Positions 39,101-47,758 of a DNA stretch of 54,602 bases are shown here, piece by piece. The notes below the pieces were generated by a model. It had not been told where the DNA came from. It saw nothing but the letters and a program-made list of their open reading frames with translations, and searched no databases. The translations under genes and the position numbers were made by a program. The stretch's first letter is position 1. Every line of letters starts with the position of its first letter. Where the stretch lies: assembly GCA_036394655.1 (NCBI GenBank), contig DASWER010000281.1:1-54602 (forward strand). Direction: 5' to 3'. Source of the DNA: Burkholderiales bacterium (GTDB lineage Bacteria > Pseudomonadota > Gammaproteobacteria > Burkholderiales > SG8-39).

Positions 39101-40488
39101 TTCTTCGGGCCGATCATGGCCTCCGGCCGCACCCAGCGATCGAAGTCCGGCGCGCTGACGTGGCCGAGCGCGAGCGCCGCTTCGCGCAATGTGGTGCCCT
39201 CGTGGTGCGCCTTCTTCGCGATCTCGGCGGCGCGGTCATAACCGATGTGCGGCGCGAGCGCCGTCACGAGCATCAGCGAGCGGCTGAGCAGCTCGCCGAT
39301 GCGCGCCGCGTCGGGCTCGATGCCGCGCGCGCAGTGCTCTTCGAAGGAGCGGCAGCCGTCGGCCAGCAGCCGGGCGCTCTGCAGGAAGGCGTGGATGATG
39401 AGCGGCTTGAAGACGTTGAGCTCGAGATGGCCGGAGGCGCCGCCGACATTGACGCCGACGTCGTTCGCCATCACCTGTGCGCAGAGCATCGTCAGCGCCT
39501 CGGCCTGCGTCGGGTTGACCTTGCCCGGCATGATCGAGCTGCCCGGCTCGTTCTCGGGGATGCGCAGCTCGGCAAGCCCCGAGCGCGGACCCGAGGCGAG
39601 CAGGCGCACGTCGTTGGCGATCTTGAAGAGCGAGGTCGCCAGGGTCTTCAGCGCGCCGTGCGCGAACACCAGCGCCTCGTGTCCGGCAAGCGCGGCGAAC
39701 TTGTTGGGCGCCTCGCTGAATGCAATTTTCATTTCCGGTGAAAGCACCGCGCAGACGCGGCGCGCGAATTCCGGATGCGTGTTGAGCCCGGTGCCCACCG
39801 CAGTGCCGCCAATGGCGAGGCGGCGAAGTCCCGGCAGCGCCGAGCGCAGCGCGGCCTCGGACTGCTCGAGCTGATCGACATAGCCGGAGAACTCCTGGCC
39901 GAGGGTGAGCGGCGTCGCGTCCTGCAGGTGGGTGCGGCCGATCTTCACGATGGCCTGGAAGGCGCGGCTCTTGGCCTCGAGCGTTTTGCGCAGCGTCTCG
40001 GCCGCGGCGATCGCCTCGTCGACCGCCGGGGCCGCCGCGACGTGCATCGCGGTGGGGAAGACGTCGTTCGACGACTGGCCCATGTTGACGTCGTCGTTGG
40101 GATGCACCAGGCGCTTCTGTCCGCGCTCGCCGCCCAAAAGCTCGGAGGCGCGGTTGGCCAGCACCTCGTTCACGTTCATGTTGGTTTGCGTGCCGGAGCC
40201 GGTCTGCCAGACCACCAGCGGGAATTCCTCGTCGTGCTTGCCGGCGAGGACCTCGTCGGCGGCACGCTGGATCGCCTGCGCCTTGCTTGCATCGAGCAAA
40301 CCGAGCTCGGCGTTTACCGCGGCGGCGGCCTTCTTGATGCGGGCCAGCGCGTAGATGACGGGAAGCGGCATGCGCTCGCCCGAGATGCGGAAGAAGCGCC
40401 GGCTGCGCTCGGTCTGCGCGCCCCACAGCCGCGCCGCCGGGACCTCGATCGGCCCGAAGCTGTCTTTCTCGATGCGGATGGCGGCCAT
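39097..40488 (-). CDS. fumC: class II fumarate hydratase
   Basis: Starts [17 protein letters not shown]. Motifs are [14 protein letters not shown], the signature [13 protein letters not shown] and [10 protein letters not shown] use the start at 40488, not the track start at 40713. Confidence 0.93.
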   Translation of the reverse strand: MAAIRIEKDSFGPIEVPAARLWGAQTERSRRFFRISGERMPLPVIYALARIKKAAAAVNAELGLLDASKAQAIQRAADEVLAGKHDEEFPLVVWQTGSGTQTNMNVNEVLANRASELLGGERGQKRLVHPNDDVNMGQSSNDVFPTAMHVAAAPAVDEAIAAAETLRKTLEAKSRAFQAIVKIGRTHLQDATPLTLGQEFSGYVDQLEQSEAALRSALPGLRRLAIGGTAVGTGLNTHPEFARRVCAVLSPEMKIAFSEAPNKFAALAGHEALVFAHGALKTLATSLFKIANDVRLLASGPRSGLAELRIPENEPGSSIMPGKVNPTQAEALTMLCAQVMANDVGVNVGGASGHLELNVFKPLIIHAFLQSARLLADGCRSFEEHCARGIEPDAARIGELLSRSLMLVTALAPHIGYDRAAEIAKKAHHEGTTLREAALALGHVSAPDFDRWVRPEAMIGPKK

Positions 40489-40501
40489 CCCGGCCGCTAT
40501 G

Positions 40502-41209
40502 TTAAGGGCGAACGGCGGGCAGGTCGAAGAGCAGCACTTCGGCGCCCTCGCCCGCCGTGAGCTCGAGCGCGCGCTCGTCGGTCTTGAGCGCGTCGCCCGC
40601 CGAGAGGCGCTGGCCGTTGACGCTGATGGCGCCGCGCGCGACATGCACGTACGCCATGCGGCCGGCGCCGAGCTCGTGGCGCGCCTGCTCCGCGCCGTCG
40701 AACAGGCCGGCATAGACGCGCGCGTCCTGGTGCATGCGCACCGAGCCCTCGGCGCCGTCGGGCGAGGCGATGAGGCGCAGGCGGCCGCGCTTGTCCGCGG
40801 CGGTGAAATGCTTCTGCTCGTACTCCGGTGCGATGCCGCGCTCCTGCGGCTCGATCCAGATCTGCAGGAAGTGCGTGGTGCCGCTCTTGTCGTGGTTGAA
40901 CTCGCTGTGCTGCACGCCGCGTCCGGCGCTCATGCGCTGCACGTCGCCCGGCACGATGGTCGAACCGTTGCCCATCGAGTCCTGGTGCGCGAGCGCGCCT
41001 TCGAGCACGTAGCTGATGATCTCCATGTCGCGGTGGCCGTGCGTGCCGAAGCCGGCGCCCGCCTGGACGCGATCCTCGTTGATCACGCGCAGCGGGCCGT
41101 AGCCCATGTGCCGCGGGTCCTGATAGTCGGCGAAAGAAAAGCTGTGGAACGAGCGCAGCCAGCCGTGATCGGCGTAGCCGCGCTCGCGGCCTCGCCGCAG
41201 CTCGTTCAT
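40502..41209 (-). CDS. pirin family protein
   Basis: Sequence [51 protein letters not shown]..., with cupin His ligands. Starts at MNELRRG. Confidence 0.88.
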   Translation of the reverse strand: MNELRRGRERGYADHGWLRSFHSFSFADYQDPRHMGYGPLRVINEDRVQAGAGFGTHGHRDMEIISYVLEGALAHQDSMGNGSTIVPGDVQRMSAGRGVQHSEFNHDKSGTTHFLQIWIEPQERGIAPEYEQKHFTAADKRGRLRLIASPDGAEGSVRMHQDARVYAGLFDGAEQARHELGAGRMAYVHVARGAISVNGQRLSAGDALKTDERALELTAGEGAEVLLFDLPAVRP

Positions 41210-41601
41210 TTCTGCTGCTGGCTCGCCTGAGGCTGGCCTGCCTGCTGCTGGCTCGCGACCTCGGCGTGCACCTTGGCCATGTCGAGCGCCTTCGCCTGGG
41301 TGATGACCTGCTCGAGCGCGTTGCCGGGCAGCGCGCCGGCCTGCTGAAAGAGGATCACTTTCTCGCGGAACACGATCAGCGTGGGGATGGAGCGGATGCC
41401 GAACGAGCCGGCGAGCTCCGGCTGTGCGTCGGTGTCCACTTTGGCGAACACGACGTCGGGATGGGCCTCGGCGGCCTTCTCGTAGACCGGCGCGAAGCCT
41501 TTGCAAGGGCCGCACCACTCGGCCCAGAAGTCGATGATCACCATCGGGTTGTCGTTGACGGTCTTCTCGAAGTTCTCCTGGGTGAGCTCGACGGTGGCCA
41601 C
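41206..41601 (-). CDS. thioredoxin family protein (WCGPC) with Q-rich C-terminal tail
   Basis: A GTG start follows GAAGGAA. Sequence: (M)ATVELTQENFEKTVNDNPMVIIDFWAEWCGPCKGFAPVYE. Confidence 0.88.
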   Translation of the reverse strand: MATVELTQENFEKTVNDNPMVIIDFWAEWCGPCKGFAPVYEKAAEAHPDVVFAKVDTDAQPELAGSFGIRSIPTLIVFREKVILFQQAGALPGNALEQVITQAKALDMAKVHAEVASQQQAGQPQASQQQK

Positions 41602-41643
41602 GGCGCGTTCCTTCAAAAAGGGGGGAGTGTACTCTAGACAATC

Positions 41644-42495
41644 ATGACCACCGGGCGGTTCGCGCCGTCGCCCACGGGGCCGCTGCACATGGGCTCGCTG
41701 ATTGCTGCGGCGGCGAGCTGGCTCGATGCGCGCGCGGCGCGCGGGCGCTGGCTGCTGCGCATCGAGGACATCGACGTGCCGCGCTCGGTCGCGGGCGCCG
41801 CGGCCGAAATCCTGCGCACGCTCGAGCGACTCGGACTGTGGTGGGACGGCGAGGTGGTCTACCAGAGCCAGCGCAGCGCGCTCTACCGCGCGGCGCTCGA
41901 GCGGCTGCGCGGCCAGACCTACTGGTGCAGTTGCACGCGGCGCGAGGTCGCCGACTCTTCGCTCGGGCTGGCAGCCGACGGTGCGCACATCTATCCGGGC
42001 ATTTGCCGTGCGGGCAGCGCTCGGGAAGGACGCGCGCTGCGCGTGCGCACCGGCACCGAAGAGATCGGCTTCGTCGATCGCCTGCTGGGTGCGCAATCGC
42101 AGGTGCTCGAGCGCGACATCGGCGATTTCGTGCTCTATCGCGCCGACGGACTGTTCGCCTACCAGCTCGCCGTGGTGGTCGATGATGCCGCGCAGGGCAT
42201 CACCGATATCGTGCGCGGCGCCGATCTTCTCGACTCGACGCCGCGCCAGATCCATCTGCAGCAGCTGCTCGGCTTGCCCACGCCGCGTTACCTGCACGTG
42301 CCCGTTGCTCTGAATGCCGAGGGTGAAAAGCTCGCCAAGCAAACCGGCGCGGGTGCGGTCGCCGCCACCTGGCACACGTTGCAGAAAGCGCTGCGCTTCC
42401 TCGGCCAGCCCGCAGCCGACAGCCTCGACGAGGCGGTGCACAACTGGAACCCGGCGCTTATTTCACCGCACCGCGCCCAGGCGTTACCACCGTAG
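41644..42495 (+). CDS. gluQ: tRNA glutamyl-Q(34) synthetase
   Basis: Sequence GRFAPSPTGPLHMGSLIAAAASWL...RIEDID...YWCSCTRRE...VVDDAAQGITDIVRGADLL. Confidence 0.9.
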   Translation: MTTGRFAPSPTGPLHMGSLIAAAASWLDARAARGRWLLRIEDIDVPRSVAGAAAEILRTLERLGLWWDGEVVYQSQRSALYRAALERLRGQTYWCSCTRREVADSSLGLAADGAHIYPGICRAGSAREGRALRVRTGTEEIGFVDRLLGAQSQVLERDIGDFVLYRADGLFAYQLAVVVDDAAQGITDIVRGADLLDSTPRQIHLQQLLGLPTPRYLHVPVALNAEGEKLAKQTGAGAVAATWHTLQKALRFLGQPAADSLDEAVHNWNPALISPHRAQALPP

Positions 42496-43360
42496 CGAGC
42501 GACGCAAGCACCAGGCCGAGCGCGGCGAACTCGGTCGCGCTCGGGCGCTCGCCGAGAAACACGATTCCGCTAAGCACCGCCACCACCGGAATGATCAGGA
42601 TGCTGAGCGAGAACACCGTGACAGAGACCGAAGTGGCGAGTTTGATCCACGCCCAGTGCGCGAAGGCAAAGGCGATGAGGACGTTATACGCGGTGCCGAT
42701 GAGCGCCCCGGTGCCGAGGTGCGCGAGCGCGCGCAGGTCCTCGAAGAGCGCAGCGCCGAGGAAGATCGGCACGCCGCCGATCAGCATGATCCACGCGGTA
42801 TAAGGACCGGGCGGCATGGCGATCGGGTACCTTTTCTGCAGCACCGCGCCGAGCGCCCAGCTCGCCGCCGCGCCGAGGACGAGCAGCGTGCCGAGTGGCG
42901 CTCCGCCGATCGCGCTGTAGCCTTCACCGATCAGGAGTGCGAGGCCGGCGAGCCCGATCACCAGGCCGAGCGTCTTTCCGATCGTGAGCCGCTCGCCGAG
43001 CAGCCACACCGAGAGCGGAATGGAGAGCACCGGCATCGTGTACGCGAGGATCGAGGCGCGGCCCGACGCAATCATCGCCAGGCCGAAGGCGACCAGCATG
43101 TTCCAGCCGGTGATGTTGAGAAGCGCAAGCATGATGAGGCGCCGCCACTGTCCGCGCGGCAGCGGGATGCGCTGGCCGCCCAGGCGCAGCACCAGGAACA
43201 GCACCGCCGAGCCAAGCCCCAGGCACAGCGAGCGGAAAGTCCACGGCGGCACCTCGGCCAGCGCGAGCTTCATCGCCGTCCAGTTGAAGCCCCAGGCGAG
43301 GGTCAGCCCGCCGAGCAGCCACCATAGACGTGCTGGCAGGTGGTCGGCCGACTCCTTCAA
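42458..43360 (-). CDS. DMT superfamily (EamA-like) transporter
   Basis: About 10 hydrophobic segments form two EamA-like halves. I propose a TTG start overlapping the P450 TGA (TTGA). The track start at 43453 lies inside the P450 gene. Confidence 0.8.
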   Translation of the reverse strand: MKESADHLPARLWWLLGGLTLAWGFNWTAMKLALAEVPPWTFRSLCLGLGSAVLFLVLRLGGQRIPLPRGQWRRLIMLALLNITGWNMLVAFGLAMIASGRASILAYTMPVLSIPLSVWLLGERLTIGKTLGLVIGLAGLALLIGEGYSAIGGAPLGTLLVLGAAASWALGAVLQKRYPIAMPPGPYTAWIMLIGGVPIFLGAALFEDLRALAHLGTGALIGTAYNVLIAFAFAHWAWIKLATSVSVTVFSLSILIIPVVAVLSGIVFLGERPSATEFAALGLVLASLATVVTPGRGAVK

Positions 43361-44568
43361 GGGCGGACGCGGATCGGGAACGCCTTCATCCCGCGCAGCA
43401 CCATGGAATCCATCCACTGCGCGCGTCCGGGCGCGGGCTCGATGTGGCGCCACCGCCCAAGCACCGCCGGCAGCGCAACTTGTCCTTCAAGGCGCGCCAG
43501 CGGAAAGCCGAGGCAGATGTGCGCGCCGAAACCGAAGGTGAGATGCGGCACGCCGTGGCGCGCGAGATCGACGCGGTCCGGCTCCTGGTACGCGCGCGGG
43601 TCGCGATTCGCTGCATTCATCATCAGGAAGACGCGCTCACCCGGCTTGAATTCCCGGCCATGGAAGGCCTGCGGCTCCTGCACGATGCGCACCTGCGCAC
43701 CGATCGGGCCGTCGTAGCGCAGCAACTCTTCCACCGCGGCCGGCGCAAGCGCCGGGTTAGCGCGCAGCTTGTGCAGCTCCTGCGGAAAGCGCAGCAGCGC
43801 CGCGAGGCCGTTCGCTATGTGGTGCGTGGTGGTCTCGTGCCCGGCGAAGAGCAGCAGCACGCAGGTGGCGACGAGCTCGTCCTCCGAGAGCCGGTCGCCG
43901 TCCTCCTCGAGGTGCACCAGCTCGGAGAGCAGGTCGCGCTGCGGCTCGGCGCGGCGCGCGGCGATCAGGCCGCGGAAAAGGTCGGCCATCTCGTGCGTCG
44001 CAGCCTCGGCGCGCGTGTACTTGGCCGGCGTGTCGCGCGCGCTGCCGATGAAGAGCGCCATCTCGTCGGACAGGCGCTTGAGCCGCTCGAGCTCGCCACG
44101 CGGCGCCCCGAGCATGTCCATGATGACCAGCGCCGGCAACGGTCCTGCGAACTCGGCGATGAAGTCGAAGCTCTCGCGCTCGCCGATGCGCTCGAGCAGC
44201 CAGGCCGTCAGCGCCTCGACGTTCGGACGCAGCGCATGCATGGAGCGCACGTGAAACACGCGGCTCGCCAGCCGCCGCAGCCGCGTGTGCTCCGGCGGGT
44301 CGCGGAACACCATCCACAAAGTGAAGATGCGGATCAGCTCCGCCATGCGCGCTGCCTCCGCCGAGGGCAGCGCGGCGAAGAACGGCCGCAGCCGGTCCGA
44401 CGACATCCGGCTGTCCAGACACACGCGCTTTACGTCGTCGTAACGGGTGAGCACCCAGGCCTTCAATTCCTGGCTCCAGTGCGCCGGATCCTCGTCCTGC
44501 AGCCGCCGGTAGAGCGGGAACGGATCGGTGAGCACGGCAGGATCGCTTGGGCGGTACGCGAGAGTCAT
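43357..44568 (-). CDS. cytochrome P450
   Basis: Motifs are the I-helix (LLLFAGHETTT), ExxR (EELLRYD) and the heme-binding loop (FGFGAHICLG). Confidence 0.92.
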   Translation of the reverse strand: MTLAYRPSDPAVLTDPFPLYRRLQDEDPAHWSQELKAWVLTRYDDVKRVCLDSRMSSDRLRPFFAALPSAEAARMAELIRIFTLWMVFRDPPEHTRLRRLASRVFHVRSMHALRPNVEALTAWLLERIGERESFDFIAEFAGPLPALVIMDMLGAPRGELERLKRLSDEMALFIGSARDTPAKYTRAEAATHEMADLFRGLIAARRAEPQRDLLSELVHLEEDGDRLSEDELVATCVLLLFAGHETTTHHIANGLAALLRFPQELHKLRANPALAPAAVEELLRYDGPIGAQVRIVQEPQAFHGREFKPGERVFLMMNAANRDPRAYQEPDRVDLARHGVPHLTFGFGAHICLGFPLARLEGQVALPAVLGRWRHIEPAPGRAQWMDSMVLRGMKAFPIRVRP

Positions 44569-44694
44569 CCGAATCAGTGTAAGGGAGCCCTAACTTTCGG
44601 CCGACGCGCGCACCAGATTGAGGCTTCCTTGCCGGGGCAGGCGGTAGTCCGTTGTGCGACACACCAATCCGTTCTGCTCCTACAGACTATGTGC

Positions 44695-44722
44695 TTGACT
44701 TTCGACATGATCGGCCTAGAAT
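44695..44722 (+). promoter_or_regulatory. candidate sigma-70 promoter of the phasin gene
   Basis: TTGACT (44695..44700), a 16-nt spacer, then TAGAAT (44717..44722). A TGC-rich stretch (atGCAaattGCTGCAtcGCAacaaaGCAGC) follows. The AGGAG RBS lies 6 nt before the ATG. Confidence 0.55.
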
Positions 44723-44788
44723 GCAAATTGCTGCATCGCAACAAAGCAGCCCCTAAACCAGATTTCAGACCTCGACCAGGAGCTCGTA

Positions 44789-45331
44789 ATGTACGTAACC
44801 CCGGAACAGATCCAAACTGCCCAAAAGGGCAACGTAGAAACGCTCCTCGCCGTAGCGAATGCCCAGTTCGCCGCGTTCGAGAAGCTGGCGAACATCAACG
44901 CAAGTGCGGTCAAGACCGCCTTTGAAGACTCGATCGCCAACACCCGCGCGCTGCTCGGCGCCAAGGACGTCCAGGAATTCGTGACGCTGCAGAATTCCTT
45001 CGCCCAGCCCGCCATCGAGAAGGCCATCGCCTACTCCAAGAGCGTGTACGAAGTCGCGACCGAAGCCAACTCCGAGTTCACGCGCGTGGCCGAGCGCCGC
45101 GTTGCCGAGTGGAACGAGAACTTCGTGAGCCTGCTCGACAAGGTGTCGAAGAACGCGCCCGCCGGCTCCGATGTCGCCGTCGCCGCGGTCAAGTCGATGC
45201 TCGCCGCCGCGAACTCGGCCTACGACAACATGAACAAGGTCGCGAAGCAGGCGACCGAGATCGCCGAAGCCAACGTCGCGGCCGCGACCGAGACGGTAAA
45301 GGGCCTGGCGAAAGCAAAAAAAGTCGCCTAA
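44789..45331 (+). CDS. phasin family protein (PHA granule-associated)
   Basis: The 180-aa ORF is Ala-rich and helical (MYVTPEQIQTAQKGNVETLLAVANAQFAAFEKLANINASAVKTAFED..), typical of betaproteobacterial PhaP. Confidence 0.88.
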   Translation: MYVTPEQIQTAQKGNVETLLAVANAQFAAFEKLANINASAVKTAFEDSIANTRALLGAKDVQEFVTLQNSFAQPAIEKAIAYSKSVYEVATEANSEFTRVAERRVAEWNENFVSLLDKVSKNAPAGSDVAVAAVKSMLAAANSAYDNMNKVAKQATEIAEANVAAATETVKGLAKAKKVA

Positions 45332-45434
45332 GCGCCAAAACGGGCCATCACGCCCGATCTAGCGCGAAGCCGAAAAAGGCTGCCGCGAAAGCGGTGGTCC
45401 GCAAGAAAAAGAAGTCGAAGAAGTAATTCGAGAG

Positions 45435-45460
45435 AGCCCCGGGATACCCCGGGGCTTTTT
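45435..45460 (+). terminator. rho-independent terminator downstream of the phasin gene and its lysine-rich tail region
   Basis: A 9-bp stem (agccccggg / cccggggct) with a 4-nt loop, followed by T5. It abuts the stop of the convergent cinA-like gene. Confidence 0.75.
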
Positions 45461-46200
45461 CATTTGTAGGGGAAGCCTGCCGCGCGCACCTCGCCGCGCA
45501 ACGCCTCCATCGCAGTGCCGACCTGCGCCGGATCGCCGCGCACGCCAAGCTCGACATGAATGCGCGATCCATCTGCGCCCATCGATGGCAGGCTGAACAC
45601 CTTGACGCCCTTGAACTCGCGCTCGATCGCTTGCATCGCCGGGATGAGCTGGCTTTCGCCGGCCTCGAACACCAAGATCGACGCCTCGGTCCATTTCTGC
45701 GAATCAAAGCGCTCGCGGTAGCGGGTATCGAGCAGCCACTCGACCATCGGCCAGGCCATCTGTGGAAAGCCCGGCACGAAGTGGTGATCGGCGAGCGAGA
45801 AACCCGGGATGCGATTCACCGGGTTCGGAATGATCGCGGCGCCTTGCGGAAATTCCCCCATCTGCAGGCGCTGCGGCGTCACCTCCTGGCCCGGAAAGCG
45901 CGCGCGAATTTCGCGTTCGGCCTCAGGGTGCAGCGCCAGCGGGACGCCGAGCGCAGCGGCTGCGCACTGCCGCGTGTGGTCGTCCGGCGTGGCACCGATG
46001 CCGCCAAAGCTGAACACCACGTCGGTGGAAGCGAAGCTTCGCTTGAGTGCCTCGGCGAGCCGCGCCGGATCATCGCCGAGGTAATGCGCCCAGCCCAGCC
46101 GCAAGCCACGCTGCGCGAGCGCGCCGATCAGGAACCGGAGGTGCTTATCCTCGCGCTTCCCGACCAGCAGCTCGTCACCGATGATGAACGCCCCGAACAC
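45460..46200 (-). CDS. CinA-like / MoCF-biosynthesis (molybdopterin-binding) domain protein
   Basis: Sequence MFGAFIIGDELLVGKREDKHLRFL...VVFSFGGIGATPDDHTRQ. Confidence 0.8.
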   Translation of the reverse strand: MFGAFIIGDELLVGKREDKHLRFLIGALAQRGLRLGWAHYLGDDPARLAEALKRSFASTDVVFSFGGIGATPDDHTRQCAAAALGVPLALHPEAEREIRARFPGQEVTPQRLQMGEFPQGAAIIPNPVNRIPGFSLADHHFVPGFPQMAWPMVEWLLDTRYRERFDSQKWTEASILVFEAGESQLIPAMQAIEREFKGVKVFSLPSMGADGSRIHVELGVRGDPAQVGTAMEALRGEVRAAGFPYK

Positions 46201-46209
46201 CCGGGGATT

Positions 46210-46947
46210 CTATGCAGCTTTTTTAGCCCAGTGCTCCAGTTCTTCGAGGCCGCCGATGTGCTGCCCATTGATGAACACCTGCGGCACGGTGCCGCGTCCG
46301 GTGATCGCGCCGACAACGCGCGAGCGATCGCTGTGGTCGAGCCGTACCTCGCCGTACTGGTAGCCGAGGTCCTTCAGCAGCTTCTTCGCTTTCGCGCAGT
46401 AGCCGCAGCCTTCGCGCGTGAGAAGCGCCACCTGGTCGGGCTTCTTCGCCTTGGGGTTGATGTACCGGAGCATGGTGTCGGCGTCGGACACTTCGAAGGG
46501 GTCGCCGGGCTTCTCGGGCTCGACGAACATCTTCTCGATCACGCCGTCCTTGACCAGCATCGAGTAGCGCCACGAGCGCTTGCCGAAGCCGAGCTCGGTC
46601 TTGTCGACCAGCAGGCCCATCTTCTCCGTGAACTCGCCGTTGCCATCGGGCAGTAGGAGCAGGTTGCCGCACTCCTGCGTACGCGCCCACTCGTTCATCA
46701 CGAAGGCGTCGTTCACCGAGAGGCACACGATCCGGTCGACGCCGTTGGCGAAAAACGCCGGTGCGAGCTCGTTGTAGCGCGGCACGTGGGTCGAGGAGCA
46801 GGTAGGCGTGAACGCCCCGGGCAGCGAGAACACGACCACGGTCTTGCCCTTGAAGACGTCGTCAGTGGTGAGCGGCTTCCAGTCGGTCTCGTTGCGGGCG
46901 CGGAACGTAACTTGCGGGACGCGCTGTCCTTCGCGGTTCGATAGCAC
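46210..46947 (-). CDS. hybrid peroxiredoxin (Prx5-type) with C-terminal glutaredoxin domain
   Basis: A GTG start follows GGAGAA. The Prx5 motif is VVVFSLPGAFTPTCS and the C-terminal Grx motif is CGYC ..TVPQVFINGQHIGG. Confidence 0.88.
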   Translation of the reverse strand: MLSNREGQRVPQVTFRARNETDWKPLTTDDVFKGKTVVVFSLPGAFTPTCSSTHVPRYNELAPAFFANGVDRIVCLSVNDAFVMNEWARTQECGNLLLLPDGNGEFTEKMGLLVDKTELGFGKRSWRYSMLVKDGVIEKMFVEPEKPGDPFEVSDADTMLRYINPKAKKPDQVALLTREGCGYCAKAKKLLKDLGYQYGEVRLDHSDRSRVVGAITGRGTVPQVFINGQHIGGLEELEHWAKKAA

Positions 46948-47038
46948 GGCTTCTCCGATGCAAAAGGGAATGACCCAGTCTGGGGCCACCCGTTCCCCCG
47001 ATCCAATGGTTTGTTTGCATGCGCCCGATAGGGGCGCG

Positions 47039-47758
47039 TTATGTCGAGGGGCGTTCCGCGGCGAGGGCGCCCAGCAGGTAGTGGATGAACGCGAGGCCGA
47101 ACACGACCGGCGCAAAGAACCCGAGGATGGGTACGTAGGCGGCTAGCGCCAGTAATACGCCCATTGAGTACAGCGCACCGCGCCGCTCGCGGAAGATGCG
47201 CGCCATCTCGTGAGCGTCGGCATGCTCGGCGAGCGCGTCATAGCGCAGCAGGCGCTGATTGACCCAGCCGAGGACTGCCAGCGGGATCACGGGCCATAGC
47301 AGCGGAAACAGCCACAGCGGCAACGTGACCAGGCCGAGCAGCAGCATGCCGAGGAAGGCGATCAGGCTGTTCCAGCCGGTGCCGGCGATGCCGCCGCCAC
47401 GGCGCCGCTCGAGCGAGGGATAGGAGCGCTGGGCGACGTAATTCACCATCTGCTGCATGCCGAAGAGGCTCAGGATGAAAAGCGCCGTGAGATACACCAG
47501 CGGCACGAACAGCAGAAACAGCAGCACGTTCGCTGCCACCAGGGTCGCAGCGCCCAGGTCGAGGTGCGTCCAGGCGAGCGCGTAGTCGAGCCCCTGCTGC
47601 AGCCATTGCGCGACGCGAAGCGCGAGCCGCGCCCACAGGACGAGCGCCACGCTGCCCCAGAGCGCGAGCGCTACCAGCATCGGCCAGAGCATCAGCCACA
47701 GCATGCGCGGATGCAGCACGTTGGCCATCGCGTACAAGAGCGAGCGCGTGATGCTCAT
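47039..47758 (-). CDS. EI24/CysZ-like integral membrane protein
   Basis: About 239 aa, starting MSITRSLLYAMANVLHPRMLWLMLWP with an ATGA overlap on the hrpA stop. It has several TM segments. The family assignment is by pattern only. Confidence 0.65.
   Translation of the reverse strand: MSITRSLLYAMANVLHPRMLWLMLWPMLVALALWGSVALVLWARLALRVAQWLQQGLDYALAWTHLDLGAATLVAANVLLFLLFVPLVYLTALFILSLFGMQQMVNYVAQRSYPSLERRRGGGIAGTGWNSLIAFLGMLLLGLVTLPLWLFPLLWPVIPLAVLGWVNQRLLRYDALAEHADAHEMARIFRERRGALYSMGVLLALAAYVPILGFFAPVVFGLAFIHYLLGALAAERPST

Noticed and set aside
45109-45426. 105-aa plus-strand ORF overlapping the phasin 3' half
   Set aside because: It is not an independent gene. Its first 70 codons are an out-of-frame reading of the phasin. 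Only the last ~35 codons (the Lys-rich tail) are meaningful, and only as a -1 continuation of the phasin.
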